From Paraspadella gotoi (Eukaryota; Animalia; Chaetognatha): a stretch of DNA of 64,000 nucleotides. Positions 52,321 through 64,000 of this stretch are shown piece by piece; position 1 is the first letter of the stretch; each line of letters begins with the position of its first letter. The stretch is from assembly GCA_051294375.1 (NCBI GenBank), contig CM119265.1, forward strand, positions 23,962,669 through 24,026,668. Reading direction: 5' to 3'. The notes beneath the pieces were generated by a model. That model worked only from the letters and a program-made list of their open reading frames with translations. It did not search any database and was not told the DNA's origin. The position numbers were made by a program, and so were the translations under genes.

Positions 52321-52520
52321 GTTTTAGGAATTCCTGAAGGCGGCGCTAGCAGTCCTTTAGTTTTGAGGTTTTTTTCTGTCTTAACAAATGAGCAGGCAAA
52401 TTATATGTATTTTTAAGGTAAGTCGGATAGATCGACAGATGGACATACTGACTGACCGACAGAGCGACCGAAAAGTGATTTATATAGTCGCTCCGCGAGT
52501 GCTCGCGGCGCAACTATAAA
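52321..52520 (-). mobile_element. Reverse copy of the DINE-1/HINE-like element (others ~27085-27450, ~47990-48450 noisy, ~59680-59970)
   Basis: ttttaggaattcctgaaggcggcgctagc..(GACA/GACC)n..ccgaaaagtga, then the hairpin TATAGT..CCGCGAG-TG-CTCGCGG..ACTATA at 52483-52518. Confidence 0.6.
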
Positions 52521-53391
52521 GGAGGGGAAACGGAGGAAGAAATATGAAAGAGATGATAGAGAGAAGAATGAGAAAGGAAAATGAAAAAAAAAAACGACGG
52601 AGACGGGCGTGGGGTGGATTTGGCGGGGAGGATTTAAAAGAAAGGGAAAGATTTACGATGTTAGAGAAGGATTTAGGGACACAGGAATTTTGAACGATAA
52701 GGAAGGATTTGAGAAATAATCGTGGATTTGATGGTACATGGAAGGATTTGTGAGGAAAGCAAAAGAGATTTGGAGGGTAATGGGAACGGAAGAAACATTT
52801 ACTTTTTTTTTGTTCCGGTGAAACTTAATTTCCAGCTCAATCACACACTTCCTTACCCACACACAAAATTTTAAGTCAATCAACCCATCCACTCATGAGT
52901 AATTAGCGTTCAAATCTATGTTTGGACAGACAGACAGACGGACGGACAGACGATTTGGGCATTATTTATCATAATTGGATTATCTGACATGATCTAAGTG
53001 ACTAACCGACAAGATTTTGGGGTGGGACCGACGGACCGATAATGTGAATCGTGCGTAGAACCGAAATCTGTAAGCAGATCCGGTGAAAAATGANNNNNNN
53101 NNNNNNNNNNNNNNNNNNNNNNNNNNNNNNNNNNNNNNNNNNNNNNNNNNNNNNNNNNNNNNNNNNNNNNNNNNNNNNNNNNNNNNNNNNNNNNNNNNNN
53201 NNNNNNNNNNNNNNNNNNNNNNNNNNNNNNNNNNNNNNNNNNNNNNNNNNNNNNNNNNNNNNNNNNNNNNNNNNNNNNNNNCAAAGGGTTCAAAGCGAAT
53301 TCCCGAAGAAAAGGGAAACTGGGTGAGTTCATCCGAGTCGCGAGGTGAGGCGCCGATGTCACGGAAAATTGTGACGAAGAAACTTTGAAGT

Positions 53392-53785
53392 GAAAAGATT
53401 AAAAATGGAGGAAAGGTGAAGGTTGATGGAGTTAGGAGGGGAGTTTGGGATGGAGGAAAAGGGATGAGAAATGGAAACTTGATGGAGAAAAGATTAAAAA
53501 TGGAGGAAAGGTGAAGGTTGATGGAGTTAGGAAGATGGAGGGAGGGAGGAAAGTGATGGGAAATGGAAACATGATGGAGAAAAGATTAAAATGGAGGAAA
53601 GGTGAAGGTTGATGGAGTTAGGAGGGGAGTTTGGGATGGAGGAAAGGGATGAGAAATGAAAACTCGATGGAGAAAAGATTAAAATGGAGGAAAGGTGAAG
53701 GTTGATGGAGTTAGGGGAGTTGGGGAGGGAGGAAAGGGATGAGAAATGGAAACTTGAAGGAGAAAAGATTAAAAAAGGAGGAAAA
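53392..53785 (+). repeat. ~93-bp purine-rich tandem repeat, ~4 units
   Basis: gaaaagattaaaaatggaggaaaggtgaaggttgatggagttagg recurs at ~53392, 53486, 53579 and 53672. Confidence 0.9.
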
Positions 53786-53897
53786 AAAGAAGAAAAGAAA
53801 GAGAGGTGGAGCCTGAGAGGAAGAAGAAAAGAGAGGTGGAGGAAAGAAGGCGGAAGAGAATTTGGAGAAAACAAAGAAAAGAGATATGATAGAGAAG

Positions 53898-54138
53898 TAC
53901 GCTCAGAACATATCACAACGCCGAAACGAAAAGAGAGGTAGGGGACAGAGGAAGAGGAGGAGGAGAGGGAGTCCCTGTTCTTTGTTGTCAGCATCGATGA
54001 TCAGTGGCGCTGCATTTGGTTGAGAATTGATCGGTCGACATAACGCGCCCGAAACAAAAGAGAGTAGGGGAGGGAGTACGTAAAGAAGGCAGGAGAAGAG
54101 GGAGTCCCTGTATCTTCCTTTGTTAGTCAGCAATCGAA
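53898..54138 (+). repeat. Diverged dimer of an ~85-bp unit
   Basis: ccgaaac.aaagagag.tagggg...gagggagtccctgt..tttgtt.gtcagca.tcga occurs twice. Confidence 0.7.
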
Positions 54139-54998
54139 GGTTGAACCACCTGGCGCCAAGACTGGATGGTTATCGCCGTCGACATTCATCTACTCTCCTT
54201 TCCGTCAACACACTCCGCCCATCGACTCGCCTCGCGAATTAGAGTCCTCCTCGTTCCTTCATCTTTCTTCTTCNNNNNNNNNNNNNNNNNNNNNNNNNNN
54301 NNNNNNNNNNNNNNNNNNNNNNNNNNNTTCTTCTTTTCTCTTCTTCCTCCTTTTTTCTTCTTCCTTCATTTCTTTTCTGTTTTCTTCTTTCTCCTTTTTT
54401 CTTTTCTTACTTTTTTTCTTCCTTCCTTTTTTCTTCTTCCTTCCATTTTTTCTTTTTCCTTCCTTTTTCTTCAGTTTTCTTCTACCTAATTTTTTCTTCT
54501 CTTCCTTTTTTTTCTTCCTTCCTTTTTCTATTTCTCATAACTCATTTTTTTCTACTTTGGTTTTTTCTTTTTCATGTTCTACGTTTTCTCTTTCTATTTT
54601 TCATTTCTTTCTTTTAATTTATTTTGTTTTTTCCTCTCTTCCTTTTTTTCTTATATTCTTTTTCTCTCTTAAAAAAATATCATTGCACTGAAAACAAAAG
54701 AATGAAACAAGATGTCAGTTTCAGATTATTTTCTGTCAAAGAACGAAAACAATTTTCGCGGAATTAATTAATCAAGTTTGTTTAAAAAACAATAGTTAAG
54801 CCTCTCTCTCTTTCTCTCCGTCCGAAATTAATCTAAGAAAGCGGAATATTTTTCATTAGCTCAGAACTCAATTCTCTCTCTCCGTTAATCCGATTTTCGA
54901 GAGAAGAAAATGTTTCTCAATCTCGAAAATAGACGTCGCTGTCAAGCTGTCCGGGGGAAACTAACAGAGCTTGCTTCGCCAAGCTTGCCAAACGAAGA

Positions 54999-55086
<88 letters not shown>

Positions 55087-55505
55087 CTGAATTCACGGCG
55101 CGTGGATTAATAAAGGGATGAATTTGTGGATGAAAACATTTCATGCGGACGCTGGGCGGTCGAATAACAAATTATGTGTCGCAAGTTGATTGGTTGGTTA
55201 TTTTATTGGCTTGTTGGTTGGTTGTTTGGTTGTTTGTATTTTACCAAGCTCGGTCAGTTTGTTGAAATGTTCATTTGTCTTTCAGTTCGTTCGTTTAAAT
55301 GTTATATAATATAATTTATGAGGTGGCTGTGGTATTCCTCCCACACGGGATTCCTCCATTTATTATAACTTCCATTAATTTATTCATTTAATAATTTACT
55401 CCCTTTATATCTTCATTCATTGTTTAATAAATATTTAATCAATTAATTAGTTTTTTAATAATTTATATTTTTATTCATTTTATTGATTCCCATCCCATCC
55501 CATCT

Positions 55506-55591
<86 letters not shown>

Positions 55592-57382
55592 TCTCCTTTG
55601 ACGAAGCACCCGTGACGCGGTTGGCCTTTTTCCCTTCGCCATCCCTCGTCGCACGAACCATTAAACCCTTGGCGTTAAAAAACGTGGCGTTGCGTTCGGC
55701 GGCGCGCGACGTCCGTCCTCCACTTCCGGTGGAACTTGAAGCGCGAGAGGAAAAAAAAAAACCGGGCGGCGTCCAAACAAATTTTCTCATCCGAGTCGAA
55801 CGGCGCGTGCGCCTTCCTGTGTTGTCTGTCGGCCTGTCTGTCTGGCTCCATTTGGTTGTCAGGCTGTCCGATTGCCCGCCTGCTTGCCTGTCTGCCCGAC
55901 AGTTTTTCTTTTTCCTTCCTTCCATTCATTCTGTCCTTCCTACCATCCTAACACCTTTCTTTCCTTTGATTCCTTCTTTCCTTCCTTCCTTCCTTCCTTC
56001 CTTCCTTCCTTCCTTTTTTCATCACTTCCTTCTTTTTTTCCATCCATCCTTTTTTTCCTCCTTCCGCGAAACCGCGACACAGGACCTGTCAGTCCCTGAG
56101 TGACAACTTTGGTGACGAGCCTTTGCGTGACAAAGGAGAGTGACCCCCTAAAGAGTGACAAACCAATGACAGAGAGCGAAAAATGGAATGCGTAGACTTT
56201 GTTAGGAGAAAGGCCGCGTGAAAGAAAAGCTGGAAACATTAATTGGACTATAATGTTTGAGAAACTGAAGTATAAATGTAATCGTGCATTATTATATGAA
56301 ATTGGTACAACCAATATAAAAATTATCCATCCATTTAATAAATAAGCTATCTTGTCCCTGACTTTGGACAGGCTTTGGTGGTTTAAAGCGCCAAATCCTA
56401 AGACTGTATATGAAAATTGCACGAAAATGCGCCTTTAAACTTAAATTAAAGTTATAATAATTTTATAATGCGATGGAATTTTTTTTCGATGAGATCTGAA
56501 AAATCAAACTTCTGCCGTCGTTCGACGCCGATGAATGTCGGTTCGAGAATCAATAAGAGAGAACAGAGTCGCTGAGAAAAAAGACGGAAAGAGAGAAAAG
56601 CTCGAAACAGAAAAAAGAATTATTACCGAAGGCAAACAAAGAATCGTAACGACTGGAAGGACTGAGAGGAGGAGTGGGGTTGGGGAGAGGGCAGAGGGGG
56701 CAAAGGGAGAGGGGAGTGGGGGAAAGGATAAAGTCTTGATGGAAGCGGTGAGTCGCTATAGATTAGGATGAAGAAGGATGCAAAGATCGAGGCTGAATAA
56801 TGTAGATTGTGAATAAATAAACAATTATAAAAAAAAATATGAATAAAAAAACTTTGAATAAAACACAGGATATAAGATAATGGCGTCGATCACTGATGTC
56901 GAACCGCAAATGGTACATATGAAAGCAATCAGCAACAGCAATTGCAGTCATCGCGGATCATTGAGACGACGGATGAAAGCTGCGATCAGCGATGGAAATT
57001 AGAATTTCCTCGGATGGAAGCAATGATCAGCGACGACAATTGCAACTGCAACCGCTGACGAAGGACGACGCCGATCAAGAGATCGAGGACGGCGTCCGTC
57101 GTGGAAACTCAGCGGAGCTCGATGGAACTGGGGAAAAGTCAGTGGACCGACTAATGGGGAAAAATCTCTCGACCAAAGAGGTAAACTCGAGGAAGATGGT
57201 CGGAGGGAGGGAGAGAGGGAGACGGGGGGGAGAGAGGGAGGAATCGTGGAGGAGGAGACGGAGGAAGAGGAAGGAAAAGAGTGGAGGAAGAAAGGGAGGA
57301 AGCGGAAAGGAATCGTGAGCGGAGGAAGTGCAAAAAAAGAAAAAAGGAAGATTGAGAAGAATTGCGAAGGTGATGAGTTGAA

Positions 57383-57568
57383 GGAGGAATGAGAAAGGAA
57401 AGGGAAAGGAAAGAAAGATGAGAGAAAGAGAATAATTGGAGGAATGAGAAAGGAAAGGGAAAGGAAAGAAAGATGAGAGAAAGATAATAATTGGAGGAAT
57501 GAGAAAGGAAAGGGAAAGGAAAGAAAGATGAGAGAAAGATAATAATTGGAGGAATGAGAAAGGAAGGT
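57383..57568 (+). repeat. ~55-bp purine-rich tandem repeat, ~3 units
   Basis: ggaggaatgagaaaggaaagggaaaggaaagaaagatgagagaaagataataatt repeated. Confidence 0.9.
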
Positions 57569-58429
57569 GACAAGTTAGAATTAGACAGAATCAGACTGAG
57601 ACGAAGTGTGCCGCAAATGAGGTCGAAAAAACAAATACAATTAAAGATAAACATCGAAAGGAAAACAACGAAAACAATTATGAAAAAAAAATGTAAAAAG
57701 AAAAAAGAAAAAGAAAAAGAGAAAAATCGAAAAAGAAAAAGAGAAAAATCGATGTTCGGATTAAAAAGACGGAAACAAAACTGGACGGTCGACATAAAAG
57801 AGGCNNNNNNNNNNNNNNNNNNNNNNNNNNNNNNNNNNNNNNNNNNNNNNNNNNNNNNNNNNNNNNNNNNNNNNNNNNNNNNNNNNNNNNNNNNNNNNNN
57901 NNNNNNNNNNNNNNNNNNNNNNNNNNNNNNNNNNNNNNNNNNNNNNNNNNNNNNNNNNNNNNNNNNNNNNNNNNNNNNNNNNNNNNNNNNNNNNNNNNCT
58001 CTCTCTCTCTCGCCACTCTTCTTCACCCCCAAAAATGCTGATGGTTACCAAAAAAGAAGAGAATTTCTTGAGACCGGAATTCCTCTCAAAAAATATGGCC
58101 TCTTCAGCGGAGGTCGTTGCCTTTCATCCCTCTCAGCAAATGCAAAAAAGGGGATGAGAAGCTTTATAGTTCTTCCACCTTTTTTCATTACATACGGGAG
58201 TTTTACTTCAAGTAGTTACATCCGGACACTACGTGCTCACAGCGCATGTCACCGAAATGAAATCTATGACAATGGTTAGTGGTTACTCTTAAACCAAAGA
58301 TTATTCTTTGGTTTAATAAAAAAGCTATCTTCNNNNNNNNNNAGGCAAAACCGTTAAACTCGCAGCAACTATTTTAATACAATAAGTTAAAAGGTAGATT
58401 TTCTACAAACAAGATAAGTCCCATCCCGA

Positions 58430-59151
58430 CTTCACCTCCTAAGAATTCCCTCAAAGTCAAACAAAAGTTTCTGGTCATTTTCTTTCGATGTTCCTTTGTT
58501 TGATGAACTTTTGATTCCGAGGTCAGAGGTCACCTCTGCCTCGACGACCCCGGGGTCCTTGACCACGCGTCCCCGTTACCTCTTCAGGCCATCCTCATTA
58601 AATCTGACTTGATCGATTAAAATTGAAATTGGGAAGAAATCGATTATAGAAAACGAACANNNNNNNNNNNNNNNNNNNNNNNNNNNNNNNNNNNNNNNNN
58701 NNNNNNNNNNNNNNNNNNNNNNNNNNNNNNNNNNNNNNNNNNNNNNNNNNNNNNNNNNNNNNNTCTCTCTCTCTGGCATTAGAAAAGGGTCATCGATTCG
58801 TCGACTCGAAGCTCGAGAAGGTTTCTTCGTGGGTCACGTGATCCCGAAGAAAGTGGAGGCTTTGATCTCGAGACATTAACTCTAGGGTTAACGCTGCAGC
58901 GATAATGGTGATAATGTAGTGCTAATGTAGAGATAATGTTTTATGAATATTGTAATTATATTATATTATATTTCTCTCTCATCTAATTCAATAACCATTT
59001 AATGTTACATTTGTAAAAAAAAAAATTAATACTTTTGAATAACTTAGTATATTTACTTACCGTCGCAAACAATAGATTTTCCGACATCAAGGAAAACGCA
59101 CTGCAGAATTTTCTTGAGGTCGTGGGGGCTAAAAATAACGACGAAGTCGAA

Positions 59152-59184
<33 letters not shown>

Positions 59185-60913
59185 NNNNNNNNNNNNNNNN
59201 NNNNNNNNNNNNNNNNNNNNNNNNNNNNNNNNNNNNNNNNNNNNNNNNNNNNNNNNNNNNNNNNNNNNNNNNNNNNNNNNNNNNNNNNNNNNNCCTTTCC
59301 TTTCCTCTGCCCGCGCGATTCTTGGACGTGATAAGATTACAAGTAGAACTTTCCCCTTTTTATGGAAAAAGGTTGTTATGGCGGGAAAGGGAAAAGGAGG
59401 AGAAGGAGGGGGGAGAGGGGAGAGGTAATAAGGAAGAGAAAGAAGGGAAAAGGAGGAGAAGGAGGGGGGAGAGAGGGAGAGGTAATAAGGAAGAAAAAGA
59501 GGGAAAAAGGAGGAGAAGGAGGGGGAGAGAGGGAGAGGTAATAAGGAGAGAAAGAAGGGAAAAGGAGGAGAAGGAGGGGGGAGAGAGGGAGAGGTAATAA
59601 GGAAGAGAAAGAAGGGAAAAGGGAAGATAGAAATAAAAAATATAAGGAAAAAATAGGGAACAGGAAAATGAAAATTAAGAACGGTAATTCAAATGTGTTG
59701 CGCCGCAGTTACTGCCTTACTGACATGACGTGACATGACTACAATAACTTTCTTAGCTAACACACACTGAATTACAATACGTTTTATATTCCTTTTAGTA
59801 TTTCCTGAAGGTGACGCAAGCAGTTACTTAGATTGAGGTTTTTTCTATCCTAACAAATTAGCAACCAACTACAAGCAAGTTATATGTATTTTTAATGTAA
59901 ATAAGACAGACCGACGGACAGACATATCGACCGACCGACAGACCGACCGAAAAGTGACCTATAGAGTAACCTAGAGAGAAATAAGAATGAGAGTAGATAT
60001 ATGTGGATAAGTGGACTAAAGAGTCCTATCCGCAACTTCTATAACCCCTCTAGGAGCCATGGAACGGGTCATGGGCTTGTTAACAGTCTTGGGGGTTTTC
60101 CAGGCCACCAAGTCCTCAAGGCTGCCGCAGGGTAGTTAACTGGTTGGGATTGAACCCGTTACCTAGTGGTCATGAGCTGATGGCTTTACTCAATGTGCCA
60201 CCAGGTCACATTGGAAGGTAAAATGCTTATGGGCGGGGTGAATTTAGGCTACGGGTAAGAGTCGAGTGTGAAAAAAGGAGACGACTTTCCCAAATATAAG
60301 TGGAGAGAAATGATTTGAGAAAGGGAGATGAATGTCCTTTAGGATAATAGGATAAAAAGAAAAGAATAAAGGATGATATACAAATGAAATAGCGTAACAG
60401 ATGTGAAAGGTGAAGCGATGAGTGGCGTCTGTCGGGAATCGTCTCTCTCCCCCGCGTCGTAGAAATCCCTCATGGACCTCTCTCTCTCTNNNNNNNNNNN
60501 NNNNNNNNNNNNNNNNNNNNNNNNNNNNNNNNNNNNNNNNNNNNNNNNNNNNNNNNNNNNNNNNNNNNNNNNNNNNNNNNNNNNNNNNNNNNNNNNNNNN
60601 NNNNNNNNNNNNNNNNNNNNNNNNNNNNNNNNNNNNNNNNNNNNNNNNNNNNNNNNTTTTTTTTTTTCATCAAAGTCGAACCATCGTGAAAAGAGTTTGG
60701 TTCACGCTCGAAAAAACTCGGCTTGATGAAATTTGACCCGGTCCTCTCATCAGGGAAACTTTCCTCCCTTTTCGAAAATAAGAAGGAAAAAGGGAGAAAA
60801 AAGAAAAAAAGTATAGATAACAACATGAAAGGAGGAAAGGAAAATCTCACGGACAATGACCGTTTTCTTTCGTGGTCTTTTCTCCGTCTTCGTCGTCGTC
60901 ATCGTCGTCGTCG

Positions 60914-60945
<32 letters not shown>

Positions 60946-61027
60946 GTCCATCCCCCGTGATGTTTTTCTCATCTCGGTAATGTCCCGTCTTCATCCCCGT
61001 GCTCAACTTCGTCTTCATCTTGATCGA

Positions 61028-61065
<38 letters not shown>

Positions 61066-61302
61066 TTTGTCGCCCCTTTTCTTTTTCTTCACTTCATATT
61101 TCTGCTATTTTTGCCTTTTTTGTTGACTTCATGTTCACAACTTTCACAACGAGATATTATTCCGGTTTTCGTCACTATCGTCTTTCTCGTTTGACAGTCA
61201 GCGTCGTCGTCGTCGTCGTCGTCATCTTCGCTTCAAACGTTTTCCATAATCGACGTAGTTTCGTCGCCGACAAACGCAGCTGTGGTTTTCGTTGTTTATC
61301 TT

Positions 61303-61352
<50 letters not shown>

Positions 61353-61438
61353 TTTATCTAACATCGTCGTCGTTCTTAGCCTTTTCGCCATTTCCCTTTC
61401 TCGCTTAGACGTCATTGCCGCTTTTGTCGCAATCTTCA

Positions 61439-61469
<31 letters not shown>

Positions 61470-62141
61470 CGTCGCCCGGTTCACTACTGGTCATCTCATT
61501 TTATCGTCATAGGGGAGACAGAGAGAGAGTGAGAAAGAAAAAGAACGAGTGAATAAGCGAGCACGAAAATTTCATTTGCATATTGGAGTCTTCTACTTCT
61601 ATTCTTCTTTTGTTCGTCCGTAGAAAAAAAAAGGACAAAAAGACGAAGAAAGTGAATGAATCGATTCTCTAGAGAAATTTTCTTTTTTTTTCCCGTATAA
61701 AGCGGCAGCATCTTCTCTTTTTTTTCACGGAATTAAAAAAATTCACAATTTCCCAATTTTCTATAATTATCTTTCTTTCTTTGCTCTAATTGCAAATAAG
61801 TGTTGTTATGCAGGCGGTTTATAAAGTCAAAAGTCGATATCTCTCTTATCATCGGTTTCTGCTGAGACATTATACAATAAGTCACTTGAATGATAATAGA
61901 TTAATAGCTGTCTTCTCCCCGCCTATTTAGCTAGTTTGTTATATTTTTTTTTTGCAACCATGAGTTTTAATTAACGCAAAAAAAAAAAAAAAAAAAAAAA
62001 AAATTCGACATTTTTGAAAGACTCGAATTGAAAAAGTTCAAACGAGAATCTTGACTTCATCTACTTTGTTGAGAGTCCGGTTTTTACGTCGTCAGGAATA
62101 TAATTGCCGTCGACGTTGACTCCGTAGATGATGCGCGGCCG

Positions 62142-62179
<38 letters not shown>

Positions 62180-62411
62180 CGCGTGCCCGTCGCCATGGGA
62201 ACTCGGCTTCGGTAACGATATTCAGTCATCTGCGGTCGGGGGAAGAAAGGAGAAAGAGAGGGAGGGAGAAAAAAAAAGGGGAAAAAAAAAGGGAATATAA
62301 TATAAAATAATAAAAAAAAAATGGACGATGAAAATTAATGTGAACAACTCTCACAATTTCACGTTTGAACCGTAACGGATTCTAAAATGAAATTAAAACA
62401 AATGAAAGACC

Positions 62412-62497
<86 letters not shown>

Positions 62498-63696
62498 AAA
62501 GAAGGGGAGAGTTATTAGAGCCCAGAGGCAAAGGTGGAGACATGAAAGAAAGAAAAAATAGAGTGGAGTGCCTTTGACGAGTCTTGATGACACCCAGGAC
62601 GCCGCCTTTGAAACTGGGCAGGCTGAATGCGCAGAGTTTGGCAGAGAGAGAGAGAGAGAGAGAGAGAAAGATAGAGAGAGAGAACCAGAACGCGAAACAG
62701 TCATCTTGAAGTATTTACGTTGTGTCGAAACACCTATAAATTATCTAAAGTCAAGAGTAATGATTCAGAACTATATCAATACGTTTTTACTAAGGCAGCC
62801 TTAATCGCATTTAAGTAAATGTAGGGGAGCCAATAAAACTATGAGAAAAAATCATTGTACACTGTACGTCAGGAATAAATTAAAATGTTATATTTATCAA
62901 TAAAAGTCGGGATCTAACGTTTCAGCCAGCGCGACTGATCGACGCTTGTCACTCGCCGAAATAACGAATCACGATCCTTGCTAGCATCACCTTTCCCCCA
63001 CTACAACCACCACCTTTTCACCACCACTACCGTCACAACCACTACCACACCACCGTCACAACCACCACCAAAACCACCGACAACCGATTTAGCCTCGTTT
63101 CAAATTCTCCCGCGATTTCGATGACCGGAAATGACGTCATCGGGCGATCGAGGCTCGGCGCCATTAAGAGCAGACAAAGGGGAGGAGGAGAAAGGGTAGT
63201 AGAGTGGGATGCAAAAAGAGAACGGACAGGTGAGGGTTAAGGGGGGGGGGAAAGGGGAGGTAGAAGCGGACTCGCTTATCACAGTCGGGGATCATTTCCT
63301 GTTTTCCTCTCGAGAGAGCGAATTAAAGTAGGCGTACTGTACGGATCAGGGAATGTCCTCGGGGGGAAAAATGTAGGAGCGTGACTTATGCGCGTCGTTA
63401 AGAGATAGTCGAGTCCCGTTGTAGTTAAAATATGTTCATAACAAGTATTTTTGGGGTCTATGGAGCCTGGAGGTGACAGCTTTATATTTACACTTTCTCC
63501 TCTCTTTATTTTGCGAGGGAAATTAAGGACTTAAAAAAAAGTGACATTTGGAAAAAAAAAAGTTTTACCGGCGGCGTTCAGAGCTTCTGGCGGTTTCGCT
63601 GCGGCGGCGGGAGGTTTCGCTGCGGCGCCCTGCGGTTCCGCTGCAGCTGCCTCATCGTTCACTCGATCGATGGTCGCTCAGTCTCGGATTCTGAGG
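58430..63696 (-). CDS. Possible unidentified multi-exon gene with Asp-rich region (candidate exons 63696-63569, 62229-62065, ~61500-60850, 59128-59061, ~58602-58430)
   Basis: AG/GT-bounded islands translate to TIDRVNDEAAAAEPQGAAAKPPAAAAKPPEALNAA; SHGDGHA(D)n..IIYGVNVDGNYIPDDVKTGLST; MTSSEPGDV(D)nEDCDKSGNDV..; GRVVKDPGVVEAEVTSDLGIKSSSNKGTSKENDQKLLFDFEGIL. Frameshifts are required to join them. Confidence 0.4.
59385..59622 (+). repeat. ~57-bp purine-rich tandem repeat, ~4 units
   Basis: aagggaaaaggaggagaaggagggggagagagggagaggtaataaggaagag repeated. Confidence 0.9.
60015..60207 (-). mobile_element. tRNA-derived SINE (diverged copy)
   Basis: Minus strand reads ggTGGCacaTTGAGtaaag (A-box-like), then GGTTCAATCCC (B box, plus 60146-60156) at tRNA-like spacing, followed by a non-tRNA body (gcagccttgaggac...). 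No clean cloverleaf. Confidence 0.65.
63125..63140 (+). promoter_or_regulatory. Overlapping ETS-CRE-like composite motif CCGGAAATGACGTCAT
   Basis: Perfect CRE TGACGTCA fused to an ETS core CCGGAA in a CpG-rich patch; function untested. Confidence 0.3.
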
Positions 63697-63738
63697 CTGG
63701 AATCGTTTTGATGAAATTTAATGATAAACGAGAGAGAA

Positions 63739-63777
<39 letters not shown>

Positions 63778-64000
63778 CTCTCTCTCTCTCTCTACTCTCT
63801 CTCTCTCTCTCATCTCTCTACAGTCTCCGGTCACCAAACCTTCACCGAGAGCCCTTTCCGAGTACTCAGCATTGAGAGGCGTGCGAGACGGTTCTGCAAC
63901 AAAGCAAATCGGGATTCGATACGTTTGATTGGTCGGGCAATCAAATCATTATTTTACTAACACAAATATCTCATTCTACATATCAAATTGTTCGTTGATT

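Noticed and set aside
60140-60207. Possible tRNA gene
   Set aside because: A and B boxes are present, but there are no consistent acceptor or anticodon stems and a SINE-like body follows.

Overview
Eukaryotic DNA, probably from an invertebrate animal: AT-rich, with short GT-AG introns, TTAGGG-type motifs and very abundant (CT)n/(GA)n and (GAC)n microsatellites. It comes from an error-prone, gap-filled draft assembly with many exact 25-N gaps and homopolymer indels, and almost all supplied ORFs are low-complexity artefacts. The first ~26.4 kb is a mosaic of near-identical copies of one locus (exact 8328-bp period, 8145-16039 = 16473-24367), most likely assembly duplication. By manual translation across indels I can support: (1) a 5-exon secreted CAP/SCP-domain gene on the minus strand, in two identical copies; (2) a 5'-truncated LINE RT fragment with a 3' stem-loop and (CAATT)n tail, in three copies; (3) a divergent multi-exon fukutin/LicD-like gene at ~32.7-37.7 kb (-) that appears to lack the catalytic DxD, with a possible second paralog at ~44 kb; (4) weaker unidentified minus-strand genes, one of them Asp-rich; (5) a tRNA-derived SINE, a DINE-1/HINE-like family, another dispersed repeat family, several minisatellites, and an array of telomeric dimers separated by unique spacers. 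No prokaryotic system, CRISPR array, rRNA or intact tRNA is supported. All homology calls come from recalled motifs, not database searches.
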